Assembly (NCBI GenBank): GCA_009914755.4
Contig: CP068257.2
Coordinates: 13,856,001-13,920,000, forward strand
Direction of reading: 5' to 3'
Length of the DNA stretch: 64,000 nucleotides
From: the human T2T-CHM13v2.0 reference genome, Homo sapiens
The notes beneath the pieces were generated by a model that saw only the letters and a list, made by a program, of their open reading frames with translations, ran no database searches and was not told where the DNA came from. The position numbers were made by a program, and so were the translations under genes. Below are positions 40,547 to 57,898 of this stretch, one piece after another (within the stretch, counting starts at the first letter, position 1; each line of letters opens with the position of its first letter).

Positions 40547-41212
40547 GATGCTGGGGCTGTGGAGAAATAGGAATGCTTTTACATTGTTGGTGGGAGTGTA
40601 AATTAGTTCAACCATTGTGGGAGACAGTGTGGCAATTCCTCAAGGATCTAGAACTAGAAATACCATTTGACCCAGCAATCCCATTACTGGGTATATAACC
40701 AAGGAAATAGAAATCATTTTATTATAAACATACATGCACACGTATGTTCATTGCAGCACTAGTCTTAATAGCAAAGACATGGAATCAACCCACATGCCCA
40801 TCAATGATAGACTGAATAAAGAAAATATGGTACATATACACCATGGAATACTATGCAGCCATGAAAAGAAATGAGATCATGTTTTTTGCAGGGACATGGA
40901 TGGAGCTGGAAGCCATTATCCTCACCAACTAACACAGGAACGGAAAACCAAACACCACATGTTCTCACTTATAAGTGGGAACTGAACAATGACAACATAT
41001 AAACACAGGGAGAGAACAATATACACTAGGGCCTGTCAGGGGTCAAGGGGAGGGAGAGCATTAGGATAAATAGCTAATGCATGAGAGGCTTAATACTAGG
41101 TGATGGGTTCATAGGTGCTGCAAACCACCATGACACATGTTTACCTATGTAACAAACCTGCACGTCCCACACATGTATCCTAGAACTTAAAATTAAATTA
41201 AATTTTAAAAAG
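40547..41212 (+). mobile_element. 5'-truncated L1 3' end (ORF2 C-terminus plus 3' UTR), older L1PA/L1PB-type
   Basis: gatgctggggctgtggagaaataggaatgcttttacattgttggtgggagtgtaaattagttcaaccattgtgggagacagtgtggcaattcctcaaggatctagaactagaaataccatttgacccagcaatcccattactgggtatata ... ggagggagagcattaggataaatagctaatgcatgagaggcttaatactaggtgatgggttcataggtgctgcaaaccaccatgacacatgtttacctatgtaacaaacctgcacgtcccacacatgtatcctagaacttaaaattaaa. ORF 40375-40698 encodes [49 protein letters not shown], the L1 ORF2p C-terminus. Confidence 0.9.
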
Positions 41213-42829
41213 TATATATTTTACTTCTTCTGAAGATTTTTTCCTGTATATCCAATGTTTAAATATTCAAGTCCAGGTTAGATGCCCTGTAATATCCATT
41301 GGAATCTCATCAGAAAAATAAAACTACTCTAGTTATTCCAGCCTAAGGGATTTAATACAAGGAAATAACTGTACAGAGGAAGAAACAATTGAGAAGTTGA
41401 GGCAACTGAGGGAATAACAGAAGAGAGCAAACTACCACCTCTAGAGTTTCAGGAACCAGTAGAAGCATCATTACTAGAAACAGTGGTGTACTGGTTCATG
41501 TTTAACATCCAGCTCTCTAGGGATAAACAAAACTTTACTGCCAATTTCTGTGGTGTTAATATCATACCATGGCTGATTTCAAGATACCAACATTTCACTA
41601 AACGCAGAGCTGGGAAGAGATGCAGAGATTCAGCTCTTATGAGCTCACACACCAGAAACCAGAAGCTGAGCCTGTCAAGCAGAATTTGGAGCCATGCAAA
41701 AGAGGCCGCTGTTTCCAAAATGCTACCTGAATAGAGCAAGAGGACAAGTACATTGGCTTCTACAATCCTCCCACCTTTCATTCTCCTTTTGAGTCCTTTC
41801 TTCCGTCAAACTCAGCCAAAATCTTGCCAAGCCTGGGAAATGTAGCCTGAAAGTTTATGTCTCCTGAGATACAGAGCAGAGCTGGAGTAGGGCAAGGAAT
41901 GGATTCAAGAACCAACGGCTAAAAGACTGACACCCACACCTCAGAGCTCTTGGAGAACTTCTACCTCTGTTATAACTGATCTATATGCTTTGTGAAGGCA
42001 GGGACCACTGCCTAGCCCAGAGTCTAACATTCATTAAGCATCAGTAAATATTTTACAGAATAAATGAATGATTTATTAGCAAATATAATGTCAGCATTTA
42101 ATAATCAGAAAATCAGTGCTTCTTTGTGTATATATGACTTCCTATGAAATTGCCACATTTCTTGGTATAGTGCAGCTATAACTTGTCAAAATAGCATACA
42201 AAAATATTATGCTGTTTGACCTTTTCTAATAATTCTCATTTGTGCCTTATTCCTTTCATCCCATCCCATGCAGTTTGTTGGAAAACTGAAAGCTTTTGTT
42301 TGATCTGATGGCTCTTGTAATTTAAACATTTCCAAATTATTTACAAATTGACGTTTTAGGAATTATCACTAAACCAGTATATTCTACAAGTTTCTCTCTC
42401 CATCTGGGATGTCCATCCATTGCCTCTCCATCTGGCAACTCCAAAGCCCTTAGTTAGAATTTTCATCTCTATTGCTAGTACCTGCCGATGGGCAGACTGT
42501 TTCAATTTCCACCAGTCCTATGTCTGGTCTGACTTCTATTTCTAGCTATAGTCAACAGAGTCAAATGTGTTCCATTTGAAGGACCACATTTGTAGTAGAA
42601 TTTTCCCGTGGATCTAATCCCAAAGGGGCCTTTGATTCATGTGCCTACCTTTGTTCAAATATATATTTAGATTGATTTATAAATCTTGCCAAATATAAGC
42701 AAAATTGGAAATTTGTTAAAGTGGTATGGATAGATTAATCACTAGTATATTATTGCAATAAAAAGAGTCCAGCCTGACCTGAACTCAGCTTTGATTTGTA
42801 TGGAGGCGACAGTGTGTTTTAAAGGAGGA

Positions 42830-44399
<1,570 letters not shown>

Positions 44400-44400
<1 letters not shown>

Positions 44401-47060
44401 GGCTTCAGCACAATCCCAGTGGTGCTGAAAAAAGGAGAGAACAGCCAAACAAATAAAATAAGAGGTGAAAAAGGAGACATTATAACTGATAAAACAGAAA
44501 TCCAAAAGAACATAAGAGCCCACTATGAGCAACTGAGCAACTATATGCCAATAAATGGGAAAATCTAGAAGAAATGGACAAATTCCCAGACACATATAAC
44601 CTACCAAGACTGAACCAAGAAGACATAAAAATCCTGAAGAGACCAACAACAAATAATAGGATCAAAGCCATAATAAAAGTCTCCCAACAAAGAAAAGCCT
44701 GGGGTCCAAAGGCTTCACGGCAAAATTTTACCAAACATTTAAAGAATAACTAATACCAATCCTACTCAAACTATTGTTAAAAAAAAAATAGAGGTGAAGG
44801 AAATCATCCAAACTCATTGTCTGTTGCCAGTATTACCCTGATACCAAAACCAGACAAAGACACATCAAAAAAGAAAACTATAGGCTGATATTTCTGATGA
44901 ACATTGATGCAAAAATCTTCAACAAAATACTAGCAAACAAAATGCAACAAAACATTAGAAAGATCATTCATCATGACTAACTGGAATTTATCCCTGAGAT
45001 GCAAGGATGGTTCAACATATACAAATCAATCAATGAGATACATCAAACTAATAGAATGAAGGACAAAAACCATGAGATCATTTAAATTGATGCTGAAAAA
45101 GCATTTGATAAAATTCAACATCTATTTCTGATAAAAACTCTCAAAAAACTTGGTATAGAATGAACTTACCTCAACATAATAAAAGTTATAAATGACAGAC
45201 CCACAGTTAATATCATGCTAAATTAGGAAAAACTGAAAGCTTTTCCTCTAAGATATGAAACACAACAAGAATGCCCACTTCCACCACTATTATTCAGCAT
45301 AGTACTGAAATCTCTAGCTAGAGCAATCAGACTAGAGAAAGAAATAAAGGTCATCTAAATAGGAAAGAAAAAAGTCCAATTATCCTTGTTCATTGATGAT
45401 ATGATCTTATATTTGGAAAAACCTAAAGACCCCACAAAAAAACTATTTGAATTGAAAAACAAATTCAGCAAAGTTGCAGGATACAAAATCAAAATATGAA
45501 AATCAGCAGTATTTCTATATGCCAACAGTGAACAATCTGAAAAAGAAATAAAGAAAGTAATCCCATTTACAATAGCTGCAAATGAAATTAAATGCCTAGG
45601 AATTAACTTAACCAAAGAAGTGGAAGGGCTCTACGATAAAAACTATAAAACACTGGTGAACAAAATTAAAGATGACACAGAAAAAATGGAAAGATATTTC
45701 ACGTTCATCAATTGGAAGAATCAATATTTAAAATGTCCATGCTACCCAAAGCAATCTGCAGATTCAATGGAATCTCTATCAAAATACCAATAACATTCTT
45801 CACATAAATATAAAAAAAATCCTAAAATTTATATGGAACCACAAAAGACCCAGAATAGCCAAAGCTATCCTGAGCAAAAAGAACAAAACTGGAGGAATCA
45901 TATTACCTGATTTCAACTCATACTGCAGAGCTATGGTAATCAAAACGAGATGCTACTGGCATAAAAACAGACGCATAGACCAATGGAACAGAATAGAGAA
46001 CCCAGAAACAAATTCATACATCTACAATGACATCATTTTTGACAAAGGTGCTGAAAACATACACTGGGGAAAGGACGGTCTCTTTAATAAATTGTTCTTG
46101 GAAAACTGGATATCCATATGCAGAAGAATGAAACTAGATGCTTCTTTCCATATACAAAATTCAAATTAAAATGGATTAAAGACTTAAATCTAAGGCATAA
46201 AACTATGAAAGTACCACAAGAAAATCTCCAGGACATTGGTTTGGGCAATTATTTTTGAGTAAAACTCCACAAGCACAGGCAACCAAAGCAAAAATGGACA
46301 AATATGATTACATCAAGTTAAAAAGCTTATGCACGGCAAAGAACACAATCAACGAAGTGAAAAGACAACCTACAGAATGAGAGAAAATATTTGCAAACTA
46401 CCCATCTGACAAAGGATTAATAACTCAACTCTATAAGAAAAGAAATCTAATAATCCATTTAAAAATAGGCAAAATATCTGAATAGATATTTTTCAAAAGA
46501 AGACATACAAATGGCAAACAGGCATATTAAAAGCTGCTTATCATCATTGATCATCAGAGAAATGCAAATCAAAATTACAATGAGATATCATTGCACTCCA
46601 GGTAAAATGGCTTATCTCCAAAAGACAGGCGGTAACAAACACTGGCGAGGATGTAGAGAAAAGGGAACCCTTGTACATGTTGGTGAGAATGTAAATTAGT
46701 ACAACCACTATGGAGAACAGTATGAAGCTTCCACAAAATCTAAAAATAGAGCTTTTATACAACCCAGCAATCCCACTACTAGGTATATACCCAAAATAAA
46801 GAAAATCAGTATATTACAGAGATATTTGCACTCCCATATTTATTGCAGCACTATTCACAATAGCCAACATTTGGAGGCATCCTAAATGTCCATCAACAGA
46901 TCAATGGATAAAGAAAATATGGTGCATATACACAATGGGTTATTATTCTGCCATAAAAAGGAGATCCTGTCATTCACGACAACATAGAACTGGAGGTCAT
47001 TACGTTAAGTGAAATAAGCCACAGAAAGACAAACTTCCCATGTTTTCCCTTATTTGTGGT
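44400..47060 (+). mobile_element. L1 (older primate subfamily) ORF2 C-terminal two-thirds plus 3' UTR. It is degenerate, with many stops.
   Basis: ORF 44335-44568 encodes ...RGEKGDIITDKTEIQKNIRAHYEQLSNYMPINGKI (compare L1 ORF2p ...[35 protein letters not shown]). The DNA at 44600-44750 matches L1 ORF2 (tcccaacaaagaaaagcctggggtccaaaggcttcacggcaaaattttaccaaacatttaaagaataactaataccaatcctactcaaactattg). ORF 46511-46699 encodes ...[19 protein letters not shown]..., the ORF2 C-terminal region. Ends in an old-type 3' UTR (...gttttcccttatttgtggtagctaaaattaaaacagttgaattcatggagagtag). Confidence 0.85.
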
Positions 47061-47299
47061 AGCTAAAATTAAAACAGTTGAATTCATGGAGAGTAGTTCT
47101 ACTACTCCACCAAAAGTCAGATTGACCTTTCCAAAAAACAGTTCTGATCATATCCACCACCTTTTCTATACATCCTTTCATGAAGTCAAAATGCTCTTAG
47201 AATAAGAACTAATTCACTCAATATTTATTTAGCATAATCTCTGATGCAAATCTCTTCTCCAGTGATTACTTTGTAAGGCCCTCATTGTAAACACATGTT

Positions 47300-47700
47300 C
47301 AAAAAAATTCAAGAAAACATCAAATAAAAATAAAAGTTAAATGACAAAAACTGGATAAATGTATTTTCAAATTATATCATAAATAAAGTGTTAGTACCTC
47401 TTATGTAGAAGACCTTCTGGAAAACAAGAAGAGAAAGGCTAATAGCCCTATAGAAAAATGGACAAAAGATACGAGGAAAGAACCCACAAATAAACACAAC
47501 AATATGCTCAATCTCTAATATAATAAAAGAATGCAATTAAAAGTACACTGATGAGATTGGCAGAAATCCAAAAGTTTGACAACCTACTCTATCAAGGTGA
47601 CTACAGGGAAATAGGCTCTCTTAGACTTTATTGGTAAGAAGAATCTAAAATGATATAATCTTTATCATGAGGAATTGAGTTATAACTAGCAGAATTATAT
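47300..47700 (+). mobile_element. Possible very old L1 ORF2-derived fragment
   Basis: aaaaatggacaaaagatacgaggaaagaacccacaaataaacacaacaatatgctcaatctctaatataataaaagaatgcaattaaaagtacactgatgagat loosely parallels L1 ORF2 ...aaatgggcaaaagacatgaacagacacttttcaaaagaagacatacaaatggccaacaagcatatgaaaaaatgctcaacatcactaatcattagagaaatgcaaattaaaaccacaatgagata. Weak. Confidence 0.3.
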
Positions 47701-49126
47701 ATGTATTTATTTTTCAATCTCCCCTCTATAATAACCTTGTCTAGGAATGTCTTTCAAAGATAACACTGGGGAAACGGTATATGGGGTGAAGGGTTCATGA
47801 GGGTCGCTTTTACTCCTCTCTATACTTTTGTGCTTATTTATAAATACCTACAATGAAAGGTTTTAAAAATTAATCTTTGCTGGTGTTTTCTCTTGACCTT
47901 GGTATCCTATCACCTTAGCCTGGGTTTCCCAAAAAGTGAAGGCTAAGAGAAAAGCTGCCGCCTGACTGGACTATTCAGTAGTGTGATGGAGGGAGGGTGG
48001 TAAACAGGAAATAAGAGAGGGTCTTCACAAAGATGCATTGTTGAGTTGGCCACCACGTGAGGCTGCTCATATGGAAGGGCTTTCGGAGAAGTGTGATGAA
48101 ATGAACCTCGGCAACAGACACTCTCAGCCTCAGAGAGACCCCAGGGCAGGGAGTAAGTGGCACATCTGGTATACCCAAGTCCTTGTCCTGCTAGGGTACC
48201 CATGGGATGAGAAGTCAAGCCTATGCAGAGTTAGCTTTCATATCTGTGGCTACACAAAGAGGGGAGGCAGGGAGAATTTGATATGTGGCAAGAGAGCTGT
48301 ATGCTGCCCCCAAAAAGGGATTACTAACACTTGCATATAAGTTGTAGAACTTGCCTTTAATTTGATACAATAAAATGAATCATCGGATTAATTTTGGGAA
48401 TGTTGATATTAAACAGCCAAACTCCTAATAGGTAATTTTATGATTGATGTCTTTACCAAGATATACAGCTTCCTCAGGAGAGAATAGTACATATTAAAAC
48501 TAGAAAATTATACTATAGATGTTAAGAGTTCAAATAATATATGCCAATCTATAAGAAAGCCAGTCGTAAATAGTTTTCACTGATGCATGCCAGAATATTT
48601 AAATATTTAGCATATTTAATACATTAAATGTGGTAATGAAGTGGGACAACCATCTTAAATCTATATACACACACATATGACATAAGGTATTGTAAAATAG
48701 TATAGTATAATCTATATATGTACATAAATATTGATTTTGAAAAGTTGATAATACAAAGAGAAGAGAAGTAAGCTGGCATCACATGTGCTCTGTAAGCAGT
48801 TACTGAGGCAATGATACAACAGCCAAGGGCTCATTTTGAAGTGCTGATTATTTCCTTGTGCCAGACAGAAGTGACAATCAAAGTGATTTACTCTGAGAAC
48901 TTTGCATTACTGTGAAATCATTTATGCACTGTAAATGATTTGAATACCCATGAAGTCCGTAGGTCCCCAAATCATGTTCTTTTGCATTTCCCTGCCTTTC
49001 TTCCACCAAAGACAGATATCATGTGAAGTAATGTATCTGAAATTCATAAGCAGACAAAATTTCTACTGACTTCAATCATATGGGCCAATGAAAAGGTTAT
49101 CATCTTCCCAAATGGTCTCCCAACCT

Positions 49127-49650
49127 ATATTAGTTTCCTATTGCTACCGTAAAAAATAATCACAAATAGCCACAAATTATGGGAAATTATCATAGCCACC
49201 TTGGTGGTTTAAAACAACAGAAGTTTATGTACTCACAGTTCTAGAAGCCAGAAGTCCAAAATCAAAGCGACAGTGACTGTGCTTCCTCCTGAGGCTCTTG
49301 GAGAGAATCCATCCCTTGCCTCTTCTGGCTTCTGGCAGCTGCTAGCATTCCTTGCATTCCTTGACTTGCCAGCGCTATCATTCCTATCTCTGCCTCTATC
49401 TTCACACTTCCTTCACTATGTGTATAGCAGATCTCCCTCCACCTCTTAGATCTTCCTATGAGGACATTCAAGATGACATTTAGGGCCCACCCAGCTAATC
49501 CAGGTATACCTTCTCATCTCAAGATCCTTAATCACATCTGTAAAGACCCTTTTTCCAAGTAAGGTAACATTTACAATATTTGCATGTTCTAGACATTAGG
49601 ACCTGATATCTTTGGGGCCACAATGTAGCTTACCTCACCAACCATGAGTT
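49127..49650 (+). mobile_element. MaLR-type LTR (same family as 1632-1985)
   Basis: tattagtttcctattgctaccgtaaaaaataatcacaaatagccacaaattatgggaaattatcatagccaccttggtggtttaaaacaacagaagtttatgtactcacagttctagaagccagaagtccaaaatcaaagcgacag ... ctcaagatccttaatcacatctgtaaagaccctttttccaagtaaggtaacatttacaatatttgcatgttctagacattaggacctgatatctttggggccacaatgtagcttacc. Confidence 0.5.
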
Positions 49651-49855
49651 ATTCTATTGAGATATTGTCTGTCATGCTTATTGCCACTGTAAAATAACAA
49701 TTAAAAAAAAGTCTGCACCCCCCTCCCTATTCACATACTCATCCTAAGATTAGCGATAATTTTGTTTCCAAGACAGAAGACAGTACACTTTTTCTGAAAA
49801 GGGCCAGATAATAAATGTTTAAGAACTTGTCCACCATATGATCTCTGTCATAACT

Positions 49856-50275
49856 GTTCCAATAGTTTCTTATATGTGCTGTAACAAAATGACACAAATT
49901 TTGTGGCTCAAAACAACACAAAGTTATTACCTTCCAGTTCTGTAGGTTAGAATTGCAACAGTGTTCTCCCTGAGTTGAAATCAAGATGATAGCAAGACTA
50001 TGTTTCTCCTGGAGGCTTGAGGAGAACGTATGTTTCCTTGAATTCACCAGCTTCACATGTCCTGGTTCATGGTCCTCTACCTCCATCTCCAAAGCCAGCA
50101 ACAGGTCCAGTGCTTCTGAGATGACATCGCTCCAACTTTTTTCTCTGCCTCCCCTTCCACTTTTAAGAACTCTTATGATTACATTGAGCCCACCCAAATA
50201 ATTCAGGATAATCTCCTTTTAAATCAATTGATTGGCAATCTTAATTGATCTGCAATCTTAATTCCCCTTTTTTAT
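49856..50275 (+). mobile_element. Second, more diverged copy of the same MaLR-type LTR family, about 200 bp downstream of the first
   Basis: ccaatagtttcttatatgtgctgtaacaaaatgacacaaattttgtggctcaaaacaacacaaagttattaccttccagttctgtaggttagaattgcaacag ... cattgagcccacccaaataattcaggataatctccttttaaatcaattgattggcaatcttaattgatctgcaatcttaattcccc. The 152-aa minus-strand ORF 49739-50197 lies almost entirely inside this repeat. Confidence 0.45.
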
Positions 50276-51623
50276 ATCATATAACATTCACAAGTTCTGG
50301 GAATCAGGATGTAACATCTTTGAGAAACCATTATTCTACCTACCACAAGGAACATGCAAAACCTATATTTTACTCCCAACCAGAACTTAGAAGGTGGCAG
50401 AACCTCTGATGAGAGACAAATGTAGAGACCCAAAGAGGCTAAAATGTAAACACCCTGACCTTGAAAGCAGCTACAAATTTTTTTTTCTTCAACTTTTTTT
50501 TTAAGTAAATTTCAGGGTACATGTGCAAGATGTTCAGGTTTATTACATAGGTAAACATGTGCAAATTTCTTGTATCAAAGAGGACCATATGACAAGGCAT
50601 CTCTGGAACCCAACCAGAACAGTTTTGCAGTTGTCAACCAAGCCACCCAGAAACAAAAGGAACAAGAAAGCAATGTTGACCATCTTGAACTAAGAACCAG
50701 GGACCTCCCCTGTTCGCACAGAATAATGTGAATTAAACTGACTGATTCACAGTAAGTTAATATGGAATAAAGTTTCACCTACCTTCTTACATGAAGGTAA
50801 GAAATGAGTTCAAGTAATGACTGATATTGGATGTCCTGCCGGTCAGATAATTGGGAACTCAGACACAGAGTACATTTGGTTTAGAAAAATAGAATATGGC
50901 ATTCTTATTATTGCCAGCATAACACAGAACATACTGATATCGACTACATATCTTCAAAATATATAATACGTTTTATTCTTTTCCTTCTCTGACTTCCTAA
51001 TATTGCAACCTTCCTGCTCAAAAGCCTTAAATAGTTCAGCAATTCTGAGCCTGGTATTAAAGATCCCTCCCCCTACTCCTACACTAAGATCTGATTCAAT
51101 TTTACCTTTGGTAGTTTATTATTAAATATTAACTTTTACATATTATGATTTCCAGCTGAATTATATTTTGTGTTCCCTGTTATTAAATATTTTTATAATG
51201 TTTTCCTGCTTTGAAAGTCTTTTTTCACCCCATCTTTATACCTCTAAATTCTACCTATATTCAAGGTCTTTTGCAAATCCTATTTTTTTCATAAATTCTT
51301 CCCTGATCTTTCCAACTGAATTATTGGGGAACCCCCACTCTATTTACATAGATCTTTTATTGCTATAGTCTTCTCACAGTTTATCAGTCAGGTGCAGTCA
51401 GAAAAAAACAGAAACCACACTAGGGACTCCAACAAGGAGGATTTAATATAGGGGCTGGTTATACAGATGTTTGAGGGATGAAAGAGCAACAGAAAACACT
51501 AAAGGTTAGCATGAAATAACAAGCAGCTATTTCTCATACAGCTGGAAGAATAAAAAAAGAAGAGGTTAGACTATTAAAGCTTAGGATCTCACAAAAGAGG
51601 ACTTACATAACTGTGACTTGGAT

Positions 51624-51925
51624 TTTTTTTTTTTTCAAAAAACAGGGTCTTGCTCTGTCACCCAGGGTGGGTGGCATTGGCATGAACATAGTTCATTGCA
51701 GCCTTGAAATCCTGGGCTCAAAAGACCCTCCTGTCTCAGCCTCCTGAGTAGCTAGGACTACAGGCAGGCATCAGCACACCTGGCTAATTATTATTATCAT
51801 TATTTTATTTTGTAGACAGTGTCTCACTATATTGTCAGGTTGATCTCCAACTCCCAGCCTCATGCTATCTTCCTGCTTCTGCCTCACTGGGATTTCAGGC
51901 ATAAGCCACCACAACTGGCAGGACT
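51624..51925 (-). mobile_element. Alu SINE (older, diverged; AluJ-like)
   Basis: ttttttttttttttcaaaaaacagggtcttgctctgtcacccagggtgggtggcattggcatgaacatagttcattgcagccttgaaatcctgggctcaaaagaccctcctgtctcagcctcctgagtagctaggactacaggcaggcatcagcacacctggctaatt...cccagcctcatgctatcttcctgcttctgcctcactgggatttcaggcataagccaccacaactggcagg. Confidence 0.85.
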
Positions 51926-52336
51926 CAAACTTCTAAAGAGTAGGCAATGCTTGACGGTGGTTAGTTCTTATGAAGGAGAGCAACAAACTGGTTTGGGAAT
52001 TTGAAGGCAGTTGGACATTGAAACCAACTGGCACTCTTAAGATAACTGTTTCTGCAGGGATGAAATGTTATTGCTGGAGAAAGCTGTCACCATGCAGGTG
52101 AGAGCAAGAATAACAAACAGGAAACAGGAGGTCCTTCCTCCTTTCTTCCTGTGTTCCAGTCACTCTAGTGTTTCTTGGTAGAACCCAACAGGAGGCCAGC
52201 TGGCAAATAAATCAGGGAAATGTTTGCTGTGTCTTTAGCCACAGAATGGTAAGGCATTCTGGAAGACAAGTGAGGAAAGTTTTCTGAGGTGGCAATTCCT
52301 TCTGTAGCTTTAAATTTTTATCATATAGAAGTCAAA

Positions 52337-52512
52337 GGCCAGGTGCGGGGGCTCACGCCTGTAATCCCAGCACTTTGGGAGGCCAAGGCGAGCAGATCAC
52401 TTGAGGTCTGGAGTTCAAGACCAGCCTGGCCTATATGGTGAAACCCCTTCTCTACTAAAAATACAAAAATTAGCCAATGTGGTGGTGGGCATCTGTAATC
52501 CCAGCTACCACT
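52337..52512 (+). mobile_element. 3'-truncated partial Alu (left monomer plus linker plus start of right monomer)
   Basis: ggccaggtgcgggggctcacgcctgtaatcccagcactttgggaggccaaggcgagcagatcacttgaggtctggagttcaagaccagcctggcctatatggtgaaaccccttctctactaaaaatacaaaaattagccaatgtggtggtgggcatctgtaatcccagctaccactgaaggcc. No polyA tail, and it stops abruptly into unique sequence. Confidence 0.85.
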
Positions 52513-53610
52513 GAAGGCCACTAGAGTCATCCAAAGCATGTTGGTGCAACAGGATCCATATTTGCCAGAGGGATCTCTCTCAAGACCTTGGCAAGGCCAG
52601 ACTCCACAGTGGGAGATTCCCCTCCACAGACACTGAAATGTCTTTGAAAATTGCAACAGTTCATTTTCTCTCTTGCTCGATGATTTCTTGTGTCATTCCA
52701 ACTTTATAGCTTATGCAATTTACTTTTTTCTCTCTCTCTTTTCAAAGAAGAGAGATCCCTCTAGTGGTTTGAGTGAGTCTCTGTTTTTCAGTAACCAAAG
52801 AGAACATGGAGAGAGAGCTCTTTTAATTTCCAAAGAGCTATGAGAGTTGATGAGCTGGGAGGAGAAAGAGATGAGCTGCAATAATAGGAGACACAAAGAA
52901 GCATGACTTGATGACACTCATACAGTACCTTTCTTTGCTATGCTGGCAGCAATCAAGGAATTTTATGAACCTTTAGAGACTTGTAAGATCCTTGCTACTG
53001 GTTTATCAGGATCTTTCTGATTATCATTTATGATTTATTCCCATTTTCTCATTCCTGTTATTTCAGTTCATTTTTCCGCTATCTGCATTGCTTTTGGAGG
53101 ACGCAAATTCCCCTCACATAATTGCCAAGTCCATGTACAGTTTCCATGCATGATTCTATATGGAAGTAGTTGATGAAAAAGAGTTGGTTAGCATGCTAAT
53201 CAGTGTATTAGAAGGAAAGACTCAAGAAAATCCATTTGCATTTCTGGTTTTGTGAATTTTACTTCATTACAATGAGAGAGGAGGGTGACGGGATGGGCCA
53301 CTTTCTCTCTCTTCAATTCTAATGAAGCAGCTGGAAAGATTTAAAAAATCATTCTGCATAGTCAAAGTCAATTAAAAGAAGAACACTAGCAACCTGCAAT
53401 TATTTATATTTTTTTAAAAAGATGCTTGATATTTAATTGGCTAAATAAAGTCTGCCTATATATCAGTAACATTTTAACTAAGAATCCCACTGCAGACATT
53501 TAGCCAAAGTAGCTAACATGTTTGATATTCCAGCTTTGAAGGGTTGGTTGGTTAAGCCTAAGGATATACTTTCTGTCCCCTCCAACAATGACCAAGTGGA
53601 AGATCTTAAG

Positions 53611-56358
<2,748 letters not shown>

Positions 56359-56359
56359 A

Positions 56360-56376
56360 AATGGGTCTAGTTTCTT
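56360..56376 (+). repeat. Right target-site duplication of the L1PA insertion
   Basis: aatgggtctagtttctt immediately after the short A-run that ends the L1 3' UTR. Confidence 0.85.
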
Positions 56377-57394
56377 AAGCAACCCTGGAAAATAGAAAAG
56401 AAAAATCTCCCATATTCAGGGTGCTTTTGTATAACAGCTGAGCTGGTTCAAGTGTCCCAGAGAGAATGGGACTGAACACTGTTCATGCTCATTATCGTTT
56501 ATCTAAAAACTAAAGTTATTGGTTACAGAGCGTTGTTTAGATACTATGGCAATAAATCATTTTTGTGAGCTGCTGTGATGAAACATATATTGTCCTTCAA
56601 TATAAGCAATCAACAGCAATGGTGTTTCTTGTTCTACTTCAAACTGTTGGTCCCTGGAAAATCTACAGAACAAAATCTCTTAATGTCACAGTATATTATG
56701 TGTTTCAGAAACTCTACATGAAATCATTCATGTACATTCATTCTACGTGAATTCTACATTCATTCTACATGAATGAATAAAATGGCAATCAGTAAATGGA
56801 AGAGATAAATAGACAATGAAGAAACAAAATTGGCTAATTCACAAGCCAGGTAATCTCTGAGGAATACCAGAGTATGCCACCCTAAAATATGCCTCTTTGG
56901 ATTATGGATTATTTTGAGCTAAAAGCCATTAAAAACCAGCAGCAGGAAAAGCTCTAAAAATAAAGCACAGATTTTCCTTTTACTGGGGAAGTCTCCATTT
57001 ATAGAGGTGTCTCCCTCATACCAGGAAGAGGAGGACTCTTAACAACTCTTAACTCTTATCAATGGAGAAAGCACCAATTTAAATCTGCAAACAAATCTTA
57101 ATAAACAACCCTTGTTTGCCATTCTTTTCTCTTGTCACCTTCCCATAACTTGCCTCCTTCCACCCACAACATGAAACCCTTTTTCTTTAGTCTAAGATGG
57201 TATATAATCCTAAATTCTAACCACCCCCGTAGGTCACTCATCTCTGGGTACTCGCGTGTGTAAGCACAACACATGTGTTAATGATATAGGAGTTAAAAAG
57301 AAATTATTTAGGCAGATAGTGAGGCTAAGGAAGGTTTTCCTTTTAATAAAAAGCAGCCCCCAAATCATTTTCTTTTCTAACAAAGAGCAGCCTG

Positions 57395-57898
57395 TAAAAT
57401 CAAGCTGCAGACATACATATGCAAGCTGGAAGCTTGCATGGGTGAATGTTAGCAGTTGTGTCAGTAGGAAAAGGCTACCTATGACTAGGCATAATCAAAA
57501 TGGCGGCTCCATCTTCCCTTCACTTTGCCAGCCACATGTACAGTAAGAAGCAGACAAGATGACGCTGGCCAAGTGGAAAGTCCATTTGCATAATAAGATT
57601 AGGGTGGTGCAACCAGCCTTCCCTGGCCCCACCCCTCGCTATGTAAACGTCACACCTGGTAGAACCAATCTGTGGCCCTATGTAAATCAGACACTGCCTC
57701 CTCATGCCTGCCTATAAAATCTGCTGTGATCTGCTGCAGGCTGGCTTTTCCCTTTCAGACACCTCACTTCAGATAGCTGCTGTCCTCTCTTCTTTCTTCT
57801 GCCTATTAAACTTTTTGCTCCTTAACCCACCCACATGTGTCCATGTTCTTAATCTTCTTAGTGCAAAATGATGAACCCCGGGTATTTACCCCAGACAA
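57395..57898 (+). mobile_element. Probable ERV solo LTR (U3-R-U5 with CCAAT, TATA and ATTAAA signals). Family unresolved.
   Basis: TG...CA termini (tgtaaaatcaagctgcag ... gggtatttaccccagaca). CCAAT at ggtagaaccaatctgtgg. TATA at gcctgcctataaaatctgctg (about 57705). Downstream ctgcctattaaactttttgctcc (ATTAAA polyA-signal variant, about 57800). Several retained CpGs (aaatggcggctcc, gatgacgctgg, cctcgctatgtaaacgtcac, ccccggg). Confidence 0.4.

Noticed and set aside
49739-50197. 152-aa minus-strand ORF, the longest non-L1 ORF in the track
   Set aside because: It lies almost wholly inside the diverged MaLR-type LTR copy (49856-50275). It has no recognisable domain, is low-complexity and has no start-context support. 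It is read-through of repeat DNA.
56720-56780. Small palindrome or direct-repeat cluster (tcattcatgta...tacatgaatga with cattcattctac x2)
   Set aside because: Arms are only 11 nt in AT-rich DNA with an imperfect centre. Likely chance or local slippage, not a structured RNA or miRNA hairpin.
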